DNA of 64,000 nucleotides from Clostridia bacterium (GTDB lineage Bacteria; Bacillota; Clostridia; Christensenellales; UBA1242): NCBI GenBank assembly GCA_045637805.1, contig JAZUAE010000018.1, positions 9,703 to 73,702 of the forward strand, read 5' to 3'. Shown piece by piece: positions 63,416 to 64,000 of this stretch (position 1 is its first letter; each line of letters starts with the position of its first letter). The notes under the pieces were generated by a model. It saw only the letters and a program-made list of their open reading frames with translations, ran no database searches and was not told where the DNA came from. The position numbers and the translations under genes were made by a program.

Positions 63416-64000
63416 TTATTTGTTTAGTGTTTTTTGATAATTTTTCATTTCTGCTTGTTTTTCAGAAATTGCATTTGTGAGTTCTTTTTTCTTTAGTTCC
63501 AACTCTTTTAGCTGTGTGTCTATTTTTTCTGTCTGAGCAATATCTTGAAATAAAGAATTTTTCTTAATTTCTTCTCGAATAGACAACAACTTTTCGATTT
63601 CAGTAATTGTGTTTTCTAAATTAGACTGATCTATTTTTAACGCTTGCGATATTGTTTTTATATTTTGCTTAATGTATGTAATCGTTTCTTTACTTAAATC
63701 AGATTCTACATTATCTATGATATTAGACTTTTTAGTTCCATTAATCAAAATTACAATACGCGAGTAAATGGCATATATAGCAACTGCTAGAACGTACGAA
63801 CTAGCCATTGTGTCATACACTACCACATCAAACCACTTGCCTTCAAATATTCCAAAATAAAGCATGCTGAATAATAAAGATAATAGGATTGGTATAAAAA
63901 CTATTACAGTATTTACAGCCTTTCTTTTATTTTCTTCAAAATTGGCAGTAGCTTTTTTAATGGGCCATTTAATAAGCATTGTTAGAGCAAAGACCAATAT
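63416..64000 (-). CDS. membrane plus coiled-coil protein, possibly truncated by the window end
   Basis: ORF open to the window edge (the track start is a TTG). Hydrophobic helices followed by a long coiled coil. Confidence 0.4.
   Translation of the reverse strand: MLVFALTMLIKWPIKKATANFEENKRKAVNTVIVFIPILLSLLFSMLYFGIFEGKWFDVVVYDTMASSYVLAVAIYAIYSRIVILINGTKKSNIIDNVESDLSKETITYIKQNIKTISQALKIDQSNLENTITEIEKLLSIREEIKKNSLFQDIAQTEKIDTQLKELELKKKELTNAISEKQAEMKNYQKTLNK

Larger units (their letters stand above)
60433..64000 (-). mobile_element. partial second phage tail-fibre-like cluster (continues beyond window end)
   Basis: Five co-directional, tightly packed genes. They include a glycine-rich fibre-type protein and an Ala/Thr/Asn periodic-repeat protein similar in style to the 14052..15707 fibre. 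Confidence 0.4.

Overview
AT-rich (about 30% GC) Firmicute-like chromosome segment. Every real gene from base 1 to about 52.85 kb is on the minus strand.

Layout, left to right:
(1) 0.4-9.2 kb, host-like accessory region. It holds an ABC-F ATPase with a leader-peptide/terminator attenuator. It also holds two radical-SAM RiPP-type loci whose small Cys-rich precursor genes are missing from the ORF track. One locus is an rSAM/SPASM maturase. The other is a frameshifted B12-binding rSAM translationally coupled to an RsgA-like GTPase. HIT, MazG-like and HExxH proteins are also present.
(2) 9.2-9.4 kb, tRNA-3'-end-like fragments bracketed by outward-facing terminators.
(3) About 9.4-42.8 kb, an HK97-type siphovirus-like prophage. 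Going down the minus strand it carries a replication module, an ArpU/sigma-like regulator, HNH, TerS, a C5 MTase, a SAM-I riboswitch plus metK, a ParB-MTase, TerL, portal, protease, capsid, tail, holin and two tandem large serine recombinases. It also has several internal repeat or motif systems.
(4) 43.1-44.1 kb, lexA with SOS boxes.
(5) 44.1-51.8 kb, an unusual locus: an AddB-like nuclease and a short UvrD-like helicase, followed by a PP-loop/2x[4Fe-4S] enzyme and a cysteine desulfurase. I consider this the best candidate for an undescribed nucleic-acid sulfur-modification, defence or repair system.
(6) 51.8-60.4 kb, an ImmA/XRE switch divergently facing an ArpU/sigma-like regulator. Downstream are a 2047-aa RHS/YD toxin with a glycine-zipper-like C-terminal domain, a small membrane immunity candidate and a lipoprotein.
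(7) 60.4-64.0 kb, a second, partial phage tail-fibre-like cluster.

All family calls rest on motifs read by eye. No database search was run.
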